Part shown: in pieces, positions 12,801 through 25,618 of the stretch
How the letters are laid out: every line of letters begins with the position of its first letter
How positions within the stretch are numbered: position 1 is the stretch's first letter
Assembly (NCBI GenBank): GCA_030704615.1
Contig: CM060734.1
Coordinates: 19,902,001 to 19,966,000 of the forward strand
Direction: 5' to 3'
DNA from: Takakia lepidozioides
Taxonomy: Eukaryota; Plantae; Bryophyta
DNA length: 64,000 bases
Notes under the pieces: model-generated
What the model was told of the DNA's origin: nothing
What the model saw: only the letters and a program-made list of their open reading frames with translations
Databases searched by the model: none
Made by a program: the position numbers and the translations under genes

Positions 12801-15800
12801 GCATGGGATCCTAGGAAGCTGAGTAGTGTAGGTAGTGCTGCTCGTGGTTGACCCACCCTGTTGACCACTGCCAAAGGCGAACGGTCATCGTGTCTCACAC
12901 GTTGAGACTGCCTCCCTGTGTCCAAAATGCCATCCACGGTGAGGTGTGCTGGCCGCTGCACCCCATCAAATGCATGCTTGAGTAGTGCGGGTGGCATCAA
13001 GTTAGTCCACCAAAGCCGTGGACGATGAGCCCGTGACCCCACTGCAGCTGCATCCAGCAACACTACTGACCCAAGCCACGACCGGACTTGATGCACACTG
13101 GCCATCACCTTGGCCCGAGAATCACCCATCAGTGGCACATTCTCCAAGATGTATGCTGGCGATACAGCTTGGTGAAGCTGCAAGTGGCGCAAAATCCGCA
13201 CCATCTCCCAAAATAGACCCGTCCTCGAGTCTCGCAATCCATTGCCATGCCCGGCTGATGAATGCCCTTGGCAGGGCCAACCTGCCACTACCAAATCAAT
13301 GGAGCCAACCTGCTCCAAATCCGGCGCCCCCAGCAACGAAATGTCTGCTGGCAAGGCTTGTTGGTATCCACGAACTGCAGACACTGGCAACAAAGCAGGG
13401 TACTGTTGTACCAACTGAGCAACATGGCGCAGTGAGACGCGTCGTGCAGTCTCATCCTTCTCCACATACAGGTAACATCAAACTCGTACACCTGCCTGTA
13501 GCACAGCAGCCAATCCGGTGCTGATCCCGCCAAACAAGTCCAGAAGGCAAATGCCTTCATCCGGATACTGCCACACAATAGGTGTGGTATCCAATGGTAA
13601 CAACTGAGGTGGTCCTGGTGCAATACCCGCACTCTCCTCCTCTCCTGACGGTACAAAAGCCTCTACCCAGGCTTGTTGCACCCGTCGATCAGCAACCTGC
13701 TGTAAATCCTTGCTCGTACCCCACAATGGAGTGTGAGCAACCATGGCAGGCAACTCCGCCATACCATGCATGTCATCTTGCTCTGCTGGAGGTGGCACAT
13801 CCTTTGCATGGGCATTGCCCTCCAGCAACTCTCCAGGCCAACTAACTGCAGCTGTAAAGGCGGCTAGTGTTGGCATCTTGCCCCGCTGGGCAGCCGCTAT
13901 ACCCCCAATGAATGTCACAGGGAGCTGTGCACGGTGACCATCGCCTGACTGCCATCCAGGCCTGTAGGATGCTGACTCCTCCCAAAAGTCCAGGGTGAAG
14001 CCCATGGGGTATAACACTGCCCCACCAACGAGGACATCGTAAGAGACCGCGTCTGTCACAATGGCCTTGGCTCGCATTACTGAGCCATCGATAGGATGAT
14101 CCGGCTGCAGTCTAATGGCCAACTGATGCCGTGTCATGCCCCGAGCCTGCTCTGATCCTCCCAGAGATGTCTGTATCTGGAAAGGACAAGGCTCCATATC
14201 CGCCTCCATGAGGCCCAAACCTGCAATAGCAGCTCTGCCCAACATCAGTGGCTGAGCTCCCGAGTCCAACAAGACCCGCAGTGGCCGGTACTTCTTGCCT
14301 GCCGGTCCACTCAAAGTGAAAATGCCTCCCTGGTTGTCTAACAAGACAACTCCAGGTGTCACCATGGCGCGCTCAAAGGCTGGCCTAGCTGGCAGCTCCG
14401 TCAACCTGGCAGCTGCAGCTTGCCAGGACGCAGCCGTGGCAGTCTTGACCCTCAAATCCGAGGATCCCTCTGCCACTACACCTTCCACTAACTCCGCAGA
14501 AGATGAAGTGACCTCCCCACTCTCACAGAGTGTTGCTGCTAGTCTGAACACTGCAGCTGGCCTTACCCCGGCGTCGCAATCATGGTTGCCGAGAACAGTG
14601 GGGCTTGACACACAGAGGTGGCTGCCCCCAATAACACACCGGCTGCACTAGCCTTGGTAGCAGGTGTCAGTGCTGCACGTGTAGCTCTCCCCAATGGCAT
14701 AGTAACCTCCGCCTCGGTAACAGTCGGGCGAGAACTAGGTGCCATGGATGGCGTCGACACAGTCTCCGCCAACGTGAATGACTGAGGAAGCCTCGCCTGA
14801 CGGCTTGCCTCCTCACGCTGTGGATCCAATTCCACCTCTGCACCTCATGGCTCAGGAACTCGTGCTGCTCCTCGAGTCACGGCTGCAGCAGACTCCACCT
14901 GCTCTAGTGGTAGTGCTGCTCCGCACATGAATCCCATGCCTCCCATATCTCCTCCCTCAGGAGCAGGAGGTGGACCATCCCGCCTGGGAGCCGGTACCGC
15001 CTGAGCTATAGCCATGGTAGCGAGCCTCTGCTCTAGCTGCTGAAGCCGATTGGCCATGCCTTGGTCAACACCCTGACCTCCGCATCCTTGGTCATGTGGA
15101 GCTTACCCTTGGCCTGCACCTCGTGCCCGACCACCTCGTCCTCTTTGGGCTGGTCCACCTCTCCCCCGGCCACCATTGTTCCCTTGGAACTGGCCTGGGC
15201 GCAACTCAGGATGCAAGTCATAACACTGGGCATCTCCATGCCCATACTTGCCACAATGCCCACACTGCAACTGTGCAGGCTGTGCTTGTGTCGGCCTTTT
15301 GCCACTCTCTAGGCAATCTCTCTTGACATGGGGTCCTCCACATGTCCAACATATCACCCCTGGTTGCTGTTGGCCTGCAAAAGATGTCACGGGCCTCTGC
15401 ATCTGAGGTCCCCTGTAAGCTCCATGGAACTTGGGCTGGGCAACCTTGCCCCCCTGACCACGCTGTTGGGCAGTCCCTTGTGCCTGTGGGCTGACAGCTG
15501 TGCCCCGTGCAGGCATGTCCTTGCCAAATCCAATTGTAACAACTCGCTCCTCCACCATGTTGAGCTCAATCCGCTCAGCCAGCAGAATACATCTACTAAT
15601 GTGGGTTGGGCTGCTTGTAACAGGGTTGCATCTCGCACCCTTCTCTTGAGCTCCTTGTCCAGAATTCCATACCAAAACTAGATTGCCTGAGCTTCAGTAA
15701 CCCCTTGGGTCACACTTATCAAGCGCCTCATATGAGTGTACGCCTCTCGCAGGCTCTCACTGGGTTTGCGCTGGAAGTCTTGCAAACTTCGCAGCTTCTC

Positions 15801-16505
15801 TGTCTGTACACCTTGGTAGTTCCTCCGCAACTCCTGGAAGAACTCCACCACCGGGTTGAATCTAGGCACATGTGTTGTAGTCGTGGCAGGAGGAGTAGTA
15901 GCACCTTTTGAACTGGTACCACCTGCAGAAGTACCAGCACTACTTGCTCCACTATTAGTGCTGGCAGTGGGAGCTATTGGTACTGATGCAGCTACTGGTC
16001 GCGTCGTGCCTCGAGTAATGGAGACGTAGTCAGGTGACCAATACATCCTCCACTCCTCAATCTCTGCTTCATGTCCTCGCCTGAACTCGTGGTAATCGTC
16101 CATAGGCGGACCTTCCAAATGCTGGAACAGTCCCTTCCACGCCATGAATGGGGTGAATAGTTGTGGATTGCGCATCTGCTGCAAATCACACCAGCTGTCG
16201 AACTCCTGGATAAAGTCATCCAACTCGATTGTGCCCACAGCTCCAGAATACCTACGAGGCCCCTTGGTAGCTCCATGCATCTCCTCCATGTCGTCCCACA
16301 ACAATGGCGAATGAAAGTGCACACCTGTTGATGAAGCCTCCAAGTCTGTGTCTGACTCTACAGTAATTGAGGGTGGCGGTGAAGGTGGTCTGAACCGAAT
16401 ACCTCGTCTTGTGAACCCACTCTCACTATTACTGCCTGTAGCCGTACTCCCCTCAAAACCCTTGGGTAACTCCGTAATGACACTCACAATGTGCACCTCC
16501 TCCAC
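9804..16505 (-). mobile_element. Decayed Ty3/Gypsy gag-pol with domain order GAG-PR-DNMT-RT-RNaseH-INT; integrase C-terminus truncated, LTR pair not found
   Basis: Gag with zinc knuckles [13 protein letters not shown] and [14 protein letters not shown]; protease LLDSGA (~14260); RT PFGLKNAP and YIDD (11593-11604); RNase H HTDWS..YSSYEGECLA; integrase HHCC plus D-D-E (SLDF, TDQG, AER). Segments are linked by in-frame stops and single-base frameshifts. Confidence 0.95.
12600..13555 (-). pseudogene. DNMT3-like C5 cytosine DNA methyltransferase domain inside the Gypsy pol
   Basis: Motifs in order: I LDLFGGISTG, II YMEKD, III ADI, IV DLVVAGWPCQ (Cys codon 13271-13273), V TGLFWEMVRIL, VI LENV, VII-VIII LDAAAVGSRAHRPRLWWTNL, IX ERE(R)AMGF, X RRQVLGQAM. 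One in-frame TGA (13478) and one +1 frameshift (~12720). Confidence 0.93.
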
Positions 16506-17023
16506 GTGACACTATAAGGCTCTAGTACTAATCTAATAGTGACACGGGTGGGCACCTGTTGCAGTTTAAGGGTCATATCCCAATGGCTCAGGGCACCTGC
16601 ACCTGCATCCACCGCAAGAACTCCTATGGTTGGCTGGTCATCAACCCAGCCTCACCATAGAAGAAACACTGGTGGTCTTGCTGGTCATCACTCCAGCCTC
16701 ACCACCGACAGCATACTCTAGGATTGACCGGGGATCAAATCCGGCCTAATCCCTATGAAAGCAAGCGCCCACACAAAACCAACATGGCACACAGTCAAGC
16801 ATGCAGGTGTTGGGGGGATCCAAACACAAGAAATCAAAACATCAACACCCCCACACCAAAATCCAGCTGCAATGCTGATCCTGCAGAATAGCCCAGCCCA
16901 AAACCCCGGACTGACTGGCCTCCACCAAGAGAGGCTTTGGCAACTACAAGTACAAGGTAATGAAAATAGTACAGAGATGGAGGGGAAGAATAGAAGCCCG
17001 ACCAAGCAAGATCTAATCCTGAT

Positions 17024-17773
17024 CTATGCTATCAACTGCCAGACTTCTCTCAAAGTGCCTCGCTCTGCATGATGGTAAGGTGTAGGAGGTATATCTATGT
17101 CCAGAAACCTGCCACTAACCTTGTCCCAAGCTACAGTAGCTCGCTCTAACCAATCCTCCTCCTCTTTCTGCCAGGTAGAGACAAAGCAATACTCTCCTAT
17201 CTCCCGCTCACTAAACACTAAAGAAAACAAAGGTAGGGTCTGATAGTCTCTCAACTCAAAAGTTTTGAGACGGTTGCGGGTGTCCTCATTGCGAATGATT
17301 GCATCTCCTTCAAACAGAACAAACTTGTCCTCGCTAATGAACCCCCGCTCGTGGTTGCCTTGTGCAGAGCGTGTCCGACTGCAACGCTGTCTGATTGCAC
17401 AAACTTGTGTAGCTCCTGCTCCTCTACTCCAGTACACCACGGCCTTGTGGTTGAACACCTTGGTCCCCGGGGCTGTCTTTGGCTGTGTTCCAAGCCTAGC
17501 TTTCACCCACTTTGGTATTTCACCTACAGCTGCAGAACTGCTGGCTCCAACAGAGTTCTGACTGTCCAAAGCGATATTGAGGCCCTCAATGCCAACTACA
17601 GCAGTCTGTTGTCCATTGCTAATGCCTGACTCCCAGTATGCAATCAACTCGTCCAACTGTTCTCCACTCAAATCAGTCTGAGTTCCTTGGGAAACATAAA
17701 TCTTGCCCCCTTGTGTGCACAGGCTAAGAGACGAGACCTGCCCTTCAATTACGTCCTCATTTCCCCCAGCCAT
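17024..17773 (-). CDS. Uninterrupted 249-aa hypothetical protein upstream of and co-oriented with the Gypsy gag
   Basis: ATG-initiated ORF with globular-looking composition; no recognised domain. Confidence 0.45.
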   Translation of the reverse strand: MAGGNEDVIEGQVSSLSLCTQGGKIYVSQGTQTDLSGEQLDELIAYWESGISNGQQTAVVGIEGLNIALDSQNSVGASSSAAVGEIPKWVKARLGTQPKTAPGTKVFNHKAVVYWSRGAGATQVCAIRQRCSRTRSAQGNHERGFISEDKFVLFEGDAIIRNEDTRNRLKTFELRDYQTLPLFSLVFSEREIGEYCFVSTWQKEEEDWLERATVAWDKVSGRFLDIDIPPTPYHHAERGTLREVWQLIA

Positions 17774-18490
17774 ACAAGGAGGACATCCACAGATTTGTCT
17801 ATCATATAGACCAGAACAGGTTCTAGAAACAGAATTGTGGATCGTTCATGGCACACTCACACTCTAAAAATTCCATAGATTTTTAGCAAAGTCCCCAAAA
17901 TTTCTAGATTTCTAGATTTCTAGATTGGTAGATTTCCCCTTTCTGCAGCTATCCCCTCAGAAACTGAGTCAAACGAAGTCCATTTGACAAAGATATGACC
18001 AATTAGGCTCTAAATCATTTGAATTAGATCAAAAAGGCCTTTTTTTTTTTTTTTAACACCAAAACGTTCTCGCCATTAAAAACTGCTCCCAAGTCACCTA
18101 CGAGTTCCCAACACGTCTAGGTAGTTCGTCCAGGTAGGGGCGATTTCAAGAGCAGGTCAAGAGATGCACTGTGCAACACCTTCATGGCTTATGGACAGGC
18201 GGCCTGCAATCGAAAGATTCGTGGATGGTTGCTGGACTTGCACAACACATCTGCCACATCGGAACCACAGCTTCACTTCACCAACATTCAGCACAACAGG
18301 AGCAGAGCAGAGCATACAAGAGCTTGGCCGTTGATTGCGACACCTGCTGTGTGTGAAGTTTGAGAATTGAGCTGCTTTTTTGATGTCTGTGGTTCTACTG
18401 TGGTGTTGTATGTGTGCTCCTTGGACCTGTTGGACCTCCCGCAGACGTGATAACTTTCTTTTCTTCTTATCCCTGAACCCTCCTGAGGCC

Positions 18491-18960
18491 CTATACATTC
18501 TTGATTTTGGCCATTTTGGAAGAGGCCATTGGCCTTTCTTCCTTAACTTGCGCTTGCGCACCAGCCTCTTCCTTCGAAGCTCCAATCGTTTAGCCTTCTT
18601 CTTTAACAATTATGCTTCTGACTTGAGGGAAACTATGGCTGGGATGGTGACCTCAGGAACAATCTCGACCTCTAACTCTGGGGCATCTCCAGCAGCCCTG
18701 GCTACCACATTCCTCTCCGTTGTGGCCTTCCACGTCAAGGACGCACCGGCTGCGACCTGCCCACTGTAATCTCCAAGTTCTTTTCTATACTTCAAACCCA
18801 CTCTAAATCCAGAAAACAGCCCGCAAGCAGGTCTCCACTGCGAGCTTGCCGAGGCAGCAGATGGTGAGAGAGACAAGGATACATTGGAGAAGGTCGGCAC
18901 AAGGGCCTGGGAAAGAAGGAACGCCAAAGGTTGCAGAGTTCTCTGGTACGCCAAAGCCAA
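18491..18960 (-). pseudogene. PSRP5: Plastid-specific 50S ribosomal protein 5 (cL37) copy, no intron apparent, disrupted
   Basis: Ser/Ala-rich transit-peptide-like N-terminus. C-terminus reads LRRKRLVRKRKLRKKGQWP(P)SKMAKIKNV* after correcting a 1-bp deletion at ~18522. Start codon is TTG and there is an in-frame TAA at 18610. Confidence 0.8.
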
Positions 18961-21504
18961 GTTCTGAAGGCGGGATTCCCCCTGTTGCCCAGGCTGGGCA
19001 CAAGTTGGGCATTTACGGAAACCCCTCCGAGAAGCAGATGAGGCTCTCGGCAGATTGCCCTGCAGGTTTTGCTTGTAAATCAGTCTTGTTAGCCAGCGAT
19101 TGTAGGACCTGCACCTGAAGCTCCGGGAACATCAATTAATCAACGATCTCCTCCAGCAAAATGGGAGTGTCACAAGTTGTCTTCCATCAACATTCACTAC
19201 TTCATGTGCTTGGCTATTTGGGCCTGTTTTTTTTTTTTTCCCGCCCTAACTTGCTTAAACGCTCCAGTGTGTGTGCTCTTGTACTCGAGCCCTTCTTAGC
19301 TCGCAGTGTCCTTCACAGAGCCGTCCTCATCGACAACTGTCCATATTGCTTTAACAAGGTATGGATGTGTCACCATTGGACTGACCAGGTACAGCAAGGC
19401 TGCAGAACAATCTGCCTCTCGCAGTGCTCCTGTATAGTTGCAGTTATAGCGACGCACCGAGTGCCCAACTTGCAGTAGTAATGCAACCGCAAGCGCTTGT
19501 TCCCCTGTCACAACCACACTCTTGCATGCACGCTGCACACAGGCTTCCACCTCCGGAGAAGAAGTCCAGGGACAGAGTTGCGGTTGTCAGCAGCTACCAA
19601 CAGACACAGTCTTCCTTACATTTGCGCATCATCCTGCTGCTCCACCATGATATCTCCTCACTGACCAAAACGAAGGCTGCTTCCATGCAGTGTAGCTCCG
19701 TCCTGCCCGGCGGCCTTATGCCAGAACCAACGCTGATCGAAACCTGCATATTTTGTTTTTTTTTTTTTTTTTTTAAGCTTCTTAAACTAAGCACTACTCT
19801 CACACAGGTAATCATACAAGTGCTAACCCTCAACTCCTACCTTGCACTCACAGGTAAGAGATCATCTCTCTCGAGTGATAGAACAAGCTAAGAGACACAC
19901 TGCTCACACCAGAAACAACATGAATCCATCGCTATCACTCTTTAAAACAGAAGTCGAGCCAGGGGCACCCCAAGCTATGGGGACTCCACCCCACAACAAC
20001 CTACACTCCCATCATAAGCACACTCAAATCTAAACGCATGAAGGAGCTCGGTCGCGCAGGCTCAACTCGAGAGAGATGAGCTACGCGACTGCCGCTCTCG
20101 TGAAGATAAGGCGGTTCAGGTGTCAAACTAAACTTGACACCTGATTTAACACTTGACCTAAATCCAAGTGTTAAATACAAATAACTAACTTTATTCTAGT
20201 TGTTTTCACACTGTGCTTATTTAACTTGACAACATATTACACAACATCTGACCAAATTTAAACCCCAAACCACAACACTATCAAACGATGTTCCAAGCCA
20301 CTAAGCTACCCCATGCTTGTTTGTGACACACCCAATATTTGAGAGCGGCACTGCTAAAGGTATCATCCCTAGGGCAAGTCACTATGACTGGTAGGTTCCC
20401 ACCTACGCATCCAACTCCCATCCCATGTCTAATGTGTTCCTAAGTGATTACATATGGTAAAGAACACGAAAAGACTTAACATTTGTAATTGAAGTGTTAA
20501 ACCAACACATGAGAATACTAACACTTAGTAACTTCACCTTAATATTTACTATATAAATTTATATATATAGATGGATCAGATGCCCAAAGTAAAAGCCAAG
20601 GAAAATTATAACTCTGAAAAGCTACAAAGGCATACAAAAAGGGAACCTCTTCGGAGCCAAAAACAAACTAACACTAAGGATCAACGCTTGCTAGAAATGG
20701 ATTCAAAACTAATTAGAAGTGTTTTGATTTTGTTGTTCTAGTTCTTATGATTACTGCAATAGATGTTGGGCGGGGTCCTCCACATTGATCGACGAAAGAC
20801 AAAGATTAGACAAACTCCCAACAATTGTAGGGGTCGGGGCATGATATGCAAAAAATAACGGTTTGAACTAGACTTCTTTTGCAGAGAAGACTTGTATTTT
20901 CCTAATTAAGAGGAGTCAAAATCCACAACAAGCTTGCCAACCCTCTTCCTTTTTTAAAATCTATAAAGAGCCTCTGCCAGGAATGCTATTCCGTGAGCCT
21001 AGATGTGCGAGCTTGAGAGTTGTGAGCTTGTATTCGTGAGCATAGGCTCACGAATGGGAAAACCCCCTATTCCCGCGGACTATATATTGAATACTGGAAG
21101 ACCTATAATCGTGTAGCCTTACGACAGAAGAACCCCCTATTCCCGCGGGAGTTTTTTTAGTGACATAAGAGGTCTAACTACAACCGTGTACCTTGAGATG
21201 ATTGCAGACAATTCCTACAAGGGCAAGATATTGCTCATTGGAGGAGGCCATGACCATCTCAATTAAATGAATTGGAACATTCTTCATGCGATAAAGGCCC
21301 AGTATGCGAGATGGAAACGATACTACCTCGAAAGGATATTTTGCTTGTGGAACAGACACATAGGGTTTAGGATGAACATGTTAAAGAAAACCGGGGTCTG
21401 AGACATCTGTGTCTTCATTTCGGATATAAGCATGCGCATACAGGTTTTCATGGCAAAATGAATCTCAGACAACAGTTTCCTCGGGGTTTTTTTATTATTG
21501 TTTT

Positions 21505-22030
21505 TGCAAAATAGGGGACAAGTGGCCCTCATATTCGTATGCGCCGGCGCATACCAGACAACAGTGTTTTATATATATATATATATATATATTTAATTTT
21601 CCTTAAAAACAAAACAGGGGACAGTGGCCCTCATATTTCGTGCATACGCCGGCGCATACCGTAGTACCTTGGCAAGATCAACAATCATATGTCGAAAATT
21701 TATTTTATTTTGAGAATTTCATTTCAACATATGGAATATTTTTAAAGATGCTTTATTATCATTCACAAATTTACTTAATTTCACAAAATAAATTTCCAAA
21801 ATTTTCAACAATCTTTGAAATATTAAAATTTGTGTCGAAGTTGCCAAGGTACTGGGTACCAGACAACAATGTTATTTTTAAAAATATTTTTTAATTTTTG
21901 TTTTTTTAACAAAACAGGGGATAGTGGCCCTCATATTTCGTATACGCCGCATATCAGACAACAACATTTTATTTATTTAATTTTTGTAATTTTTATTTTT
22001 ACAAAACAGGGACAGTGGCCCTTATATTGT
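21505..22030 (+). repeat. Four spaced copies of AAAACAGGGGACAGTGGCCCTCATAT(T)TCG in AT-rich DNA, probably a non-autonomous TE remnant
   Basis: Copies at ~21508, ~21611, ~21911 and ~22003. Confidence 0.6.
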
Positions 22031-25020
22031 CATTTTTTGGCTTCCTCGGATATAGGGTCGTTATACAGTAATCCACGGAAATACGTCCCCTTTCTTAATG
22101 TTTTGACGACCCATCGATGCTCATAATCATATATAATTTATATTATGGGCTCATGATTTCCAACTCACCGCTCACCGCTCACGGTTTAGCGTCCCTGAAG
22201 CCTCTATAGTGGCCCTGCACTCCTTGGATCCCCTAGTCATAAGATTCGAATATACATTAAATAACATAATCTTATTGCAAAGAGACCTACCAGTAGCGAA
22301 CTCTTGCCAAAGCAAATGTAACTTTATATGGTGTCACCTGACATCGAAGGGCTAATACCTTCCGATCATTCTAGCTAGAGAACATTGAATCTATTCATGC
22401 AAATATGTCCGAGAGTGTGAGCTCTTAGTGTTACCCAAAATGAGTTAGAATAGGCCTAAATCACTTGCCATTACAATTGAGAATGAGAAGATAGGAGAAG
22501 ACCATGTGTTTAGTTGTCAATTAATTAGCATAGAAATGAAGAACATGTCTCCAGGCTCTAATATGGAAAGCACATTTAAACAAAAATGCTCAACATGGTC
22601 TTTGTGACTCCTAACTAACAAATTTTGTTTCTTCGATGGTCGTCTTTGCCTCCATCTTTCTCCCTCATCACTTCCATATGAGTCAATCATGGATACCTCT
22701 AGTATTAGATTCCCACATATTATGATGCTCATCTTTTGCGACTTTGCATTGGTGATCTGAACATACTTAAGCACATGTGGACCAAAGATGAGCTTGAACC
22801 AAGTTCATTCAATGGGTCATTCAAGTGATAAATGTAACTATGTATCATACAGACGAAAAACTGTGTTTCGCCTTCACATGATTTTTTTTGTGTTCCATTC
22901 TCCAGCCATATGCTTAATGACAGCGTGTGCAATGTGCGTGCAAATTTCGAAGCAAAAAAAAATCATCTGGACCCAAAACCATATTTTCTTCCCTCATTTG
23001 CACTCCAAGATTAAGTTCTCTTCAACTTCATGCACTCTTCATAAAGAGTTCTGCAATAGTAACCCAAGATTTTTTTTTTAATTGTTTTTTGGTCCAATCT
23101 TTTGCATGGATGTAGTAGTCCAAAGTCTGAATTCAAAGAACAAAATAGAGCCAAAAATAAAATCATTACGCCCCTCAAATCCGTAATCCTAGATATTCTA
23201 AATCATAATACTTATTTAAAATTCATTAAAATTCTATTTAATCAAAAATGATTCTATTAGTGACTCCCTGGGGTCGCTACTACTATCAGCACCTCCCCTG
23301 AGGTCGGTTCAAGTCCCTAAACAATAACCCGACGCTGTTAACAGCGACCCCTAGGATTTTTGGTAAACATTTACCCTCAGGGTATGGGTATTGGGTGCCA
23401 CATATACCATGAGGGTAAGGGTAATTGCAGGATAATGGTACCCATTTTATATCCTCTGGATATCCCAGGGTAATTATAAAGGGTTAATTAATTTAATTTA
23501 TGAATTTTATTAAATACTTAGAATAAAGCATTTCAACTGTATAACATCCCCATCATATAGAATTTAACGGACTATGCCTTTTATTTTGAAAAAAAAAATG
23601 TGTTTTTTTTTTTTTTTGGCTTCTGAATAGCAAAAATCCGGCCTCATTTATGCTCCTCTAATGGCCCTAAAACATAATAACAAAACAACACATTTGATCA
23701 TAATGAGGTCCAAAATCACCAGCGCCTGAAACAGACGCTTTGCACGATAGAGAGAATGGCGGGGACCGAGGAAGGAGAGAGCGGCACGCTTTTTGCAAGA
23801 AGGAGAGAGTGGCAAGGACAGGTCTTGGAGCACAAGCTGCAAAGAGGAAGACCAACGAAGGAAAGAAGGAAGCGGAGAAAAAAAAAAAAAAAAAACCATG
23901 CTCGTGTTTGCCCTCTCTACTAGCAAATACCACACCTAAACCTAAACCCCTAGTAATCAAATTATTATACCCTTCCCTATTACCCGGCCATTGAACAGAT
24001 TTACCCTCAAGGTGAAACATAGAAACTAGATTGAATTAATGTTGATTTTATAATCAAGGATCTTGTTTTGTTCACATTGCATCATCAATAATTGAATATA
24101 CCCGCCGCTTGGCGGGATCGGACGGCGCCGCCATGCGTCAGCGATAGAAAATTATTTTGGTTAAAATAAATATTTAATTTTGTTTTTTTGATAATTATTG
24201 AGACTACGTAGCAGCCGCGCTACGATTCAAGTAGGGAGTAAGTTAAGTTTTAGATGGACATGATCTCCTCTGTCTTATATTTAGTCCATGTCATCGATAT
24301 CGAGACTCTGCTCCCGTTCTTGCACAAGAGGTTCTTGGGCCTTCCCCGTTATCTGTTTCTTCCTCTGCTCATACAGTAAACAATGTTACATATAGGAACA
24401 AAAGCTTTCAGCAAGGATAAAGATGCATGTGTACAGAAGAGTCGAGACCTTTGATAATCCATCAAGTAAACAGTGATGGAGTTGTAGATGGATCCAATAG
24501 AAGGAAAATCCTACAAGAGCACAACCCCCAAACATGCTTGCGTTGAGGCAATCTTTTGCAGCCGCCATCAATATGGAGGTTTCTCAGTGCTGGTGAAATT
24601 CCCCTTATAAAGAGTCACAAACATGTAAGTTGCGTCAACGCAAACATGTTTTCTGCTATGAATTGGGCATCCATTGTGACATTAATTGTTCCTTTAATTC
24701 TCAGCTTGATGATTTTATGTCGATTACGCCACGCCAAATTGCTACCAAATTGACACACTCAACGTTTAAGCTAGGATGCAATTTCACATTCTAGAAATTT
24801 TTATCATGAAATAGAGTGTTGATATGTCTACGACTGTCCCATACTAGGCAATAAAGAAATTATTGTCATGATAGCTGGTACTCTTTAATTTATGATGTGT
24901 TTTTGTTTTAATTTTGATAATTCGAATTCATCCGTTGGTATGTAAATTTACCCTTCGTCATCTACTATCAAGAGCCTAGCCTGTCTTTTGTCAACAAGAA
25001 CCCACACATGAAGTCTCTAC

Positions 25021-25618
25021 CAGTGTTGGACTGGTATCGTATTTTGAACACACCAGACTGGTGGTATATAGGCCTCCGGCCAATTGTGATACCATGGAGG
25101 TACTGGTATTGGCAAAAATCTAAGATTTTGATACCATGGTGGTATCAATAATACATAATTAGTGTGGTGTTTTACGGGTATCAATAGCAAGAGTTTTTTA
25201 AAATCGATACAAGGGTAATATCAATACTGGTCTGGTATAAAAAAAACTCCCACTTCTTATATAAATGTGTACAAGCATGCTTCTCATTCAAAGTATCCAG
25301 CTTCACATATTTCATCTTTCGTCCTGATTTTTATTTTGCTTATTGAAAGCTACATCCATATCGTGCATAGTACATATTGTGCCGTTGACATTGATACCTA
25401 GGTTTTCCTAACAAAAATGGACCTGGTACTGGTATCAAGTATCAGATTTTCAACCACCTACCAGACTGGTACCTAGGGTATCGTCCACAATATTAGGAAG
25501 CACATACCAGGCCAATACGGGTATATGCTAGGTAGTGGCATGAGGCGATACCAGACTGGTCTGGTATTTCATACCAGTATTGATACTAGTTTCTTATCGG
25601 TATACCAGTCTAACACAG
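25021..25618. mobile_element. MITE, possibly hAT-type, with 17-bp TIRs and internal GGTAT/ATACC repeats
   Basis: CAGTGTTGGACTGGTAT (25021-25037) vs ATACCAGTCTAACACAG (25602-25618) is a 15/17 inverted match. No convincing 8-bp TSD. Confidence 0.6.

Noticed and set aside
12600-13555. Bacterial restriction-modification methylase contamination, or a host DNMT gene
   Set aside because: The domain is intronless, continuous in frame with retroviral protease and RT, has DNMT3-like motifs, and has no restriction endonuclease or host N-terminal domains.
20118-20142. Perfect hairpin AGGTGTCAA-N7-TTGACACCT as a possible self-priming site or terminus
   Set aside because: No supporting LTR or TSD context.
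24099-24235. GC-rich hairpins resembling a Helitron 3' end
   Set aside because: No CTRR terminus at the expected distance and no Rep/Hel sequence.
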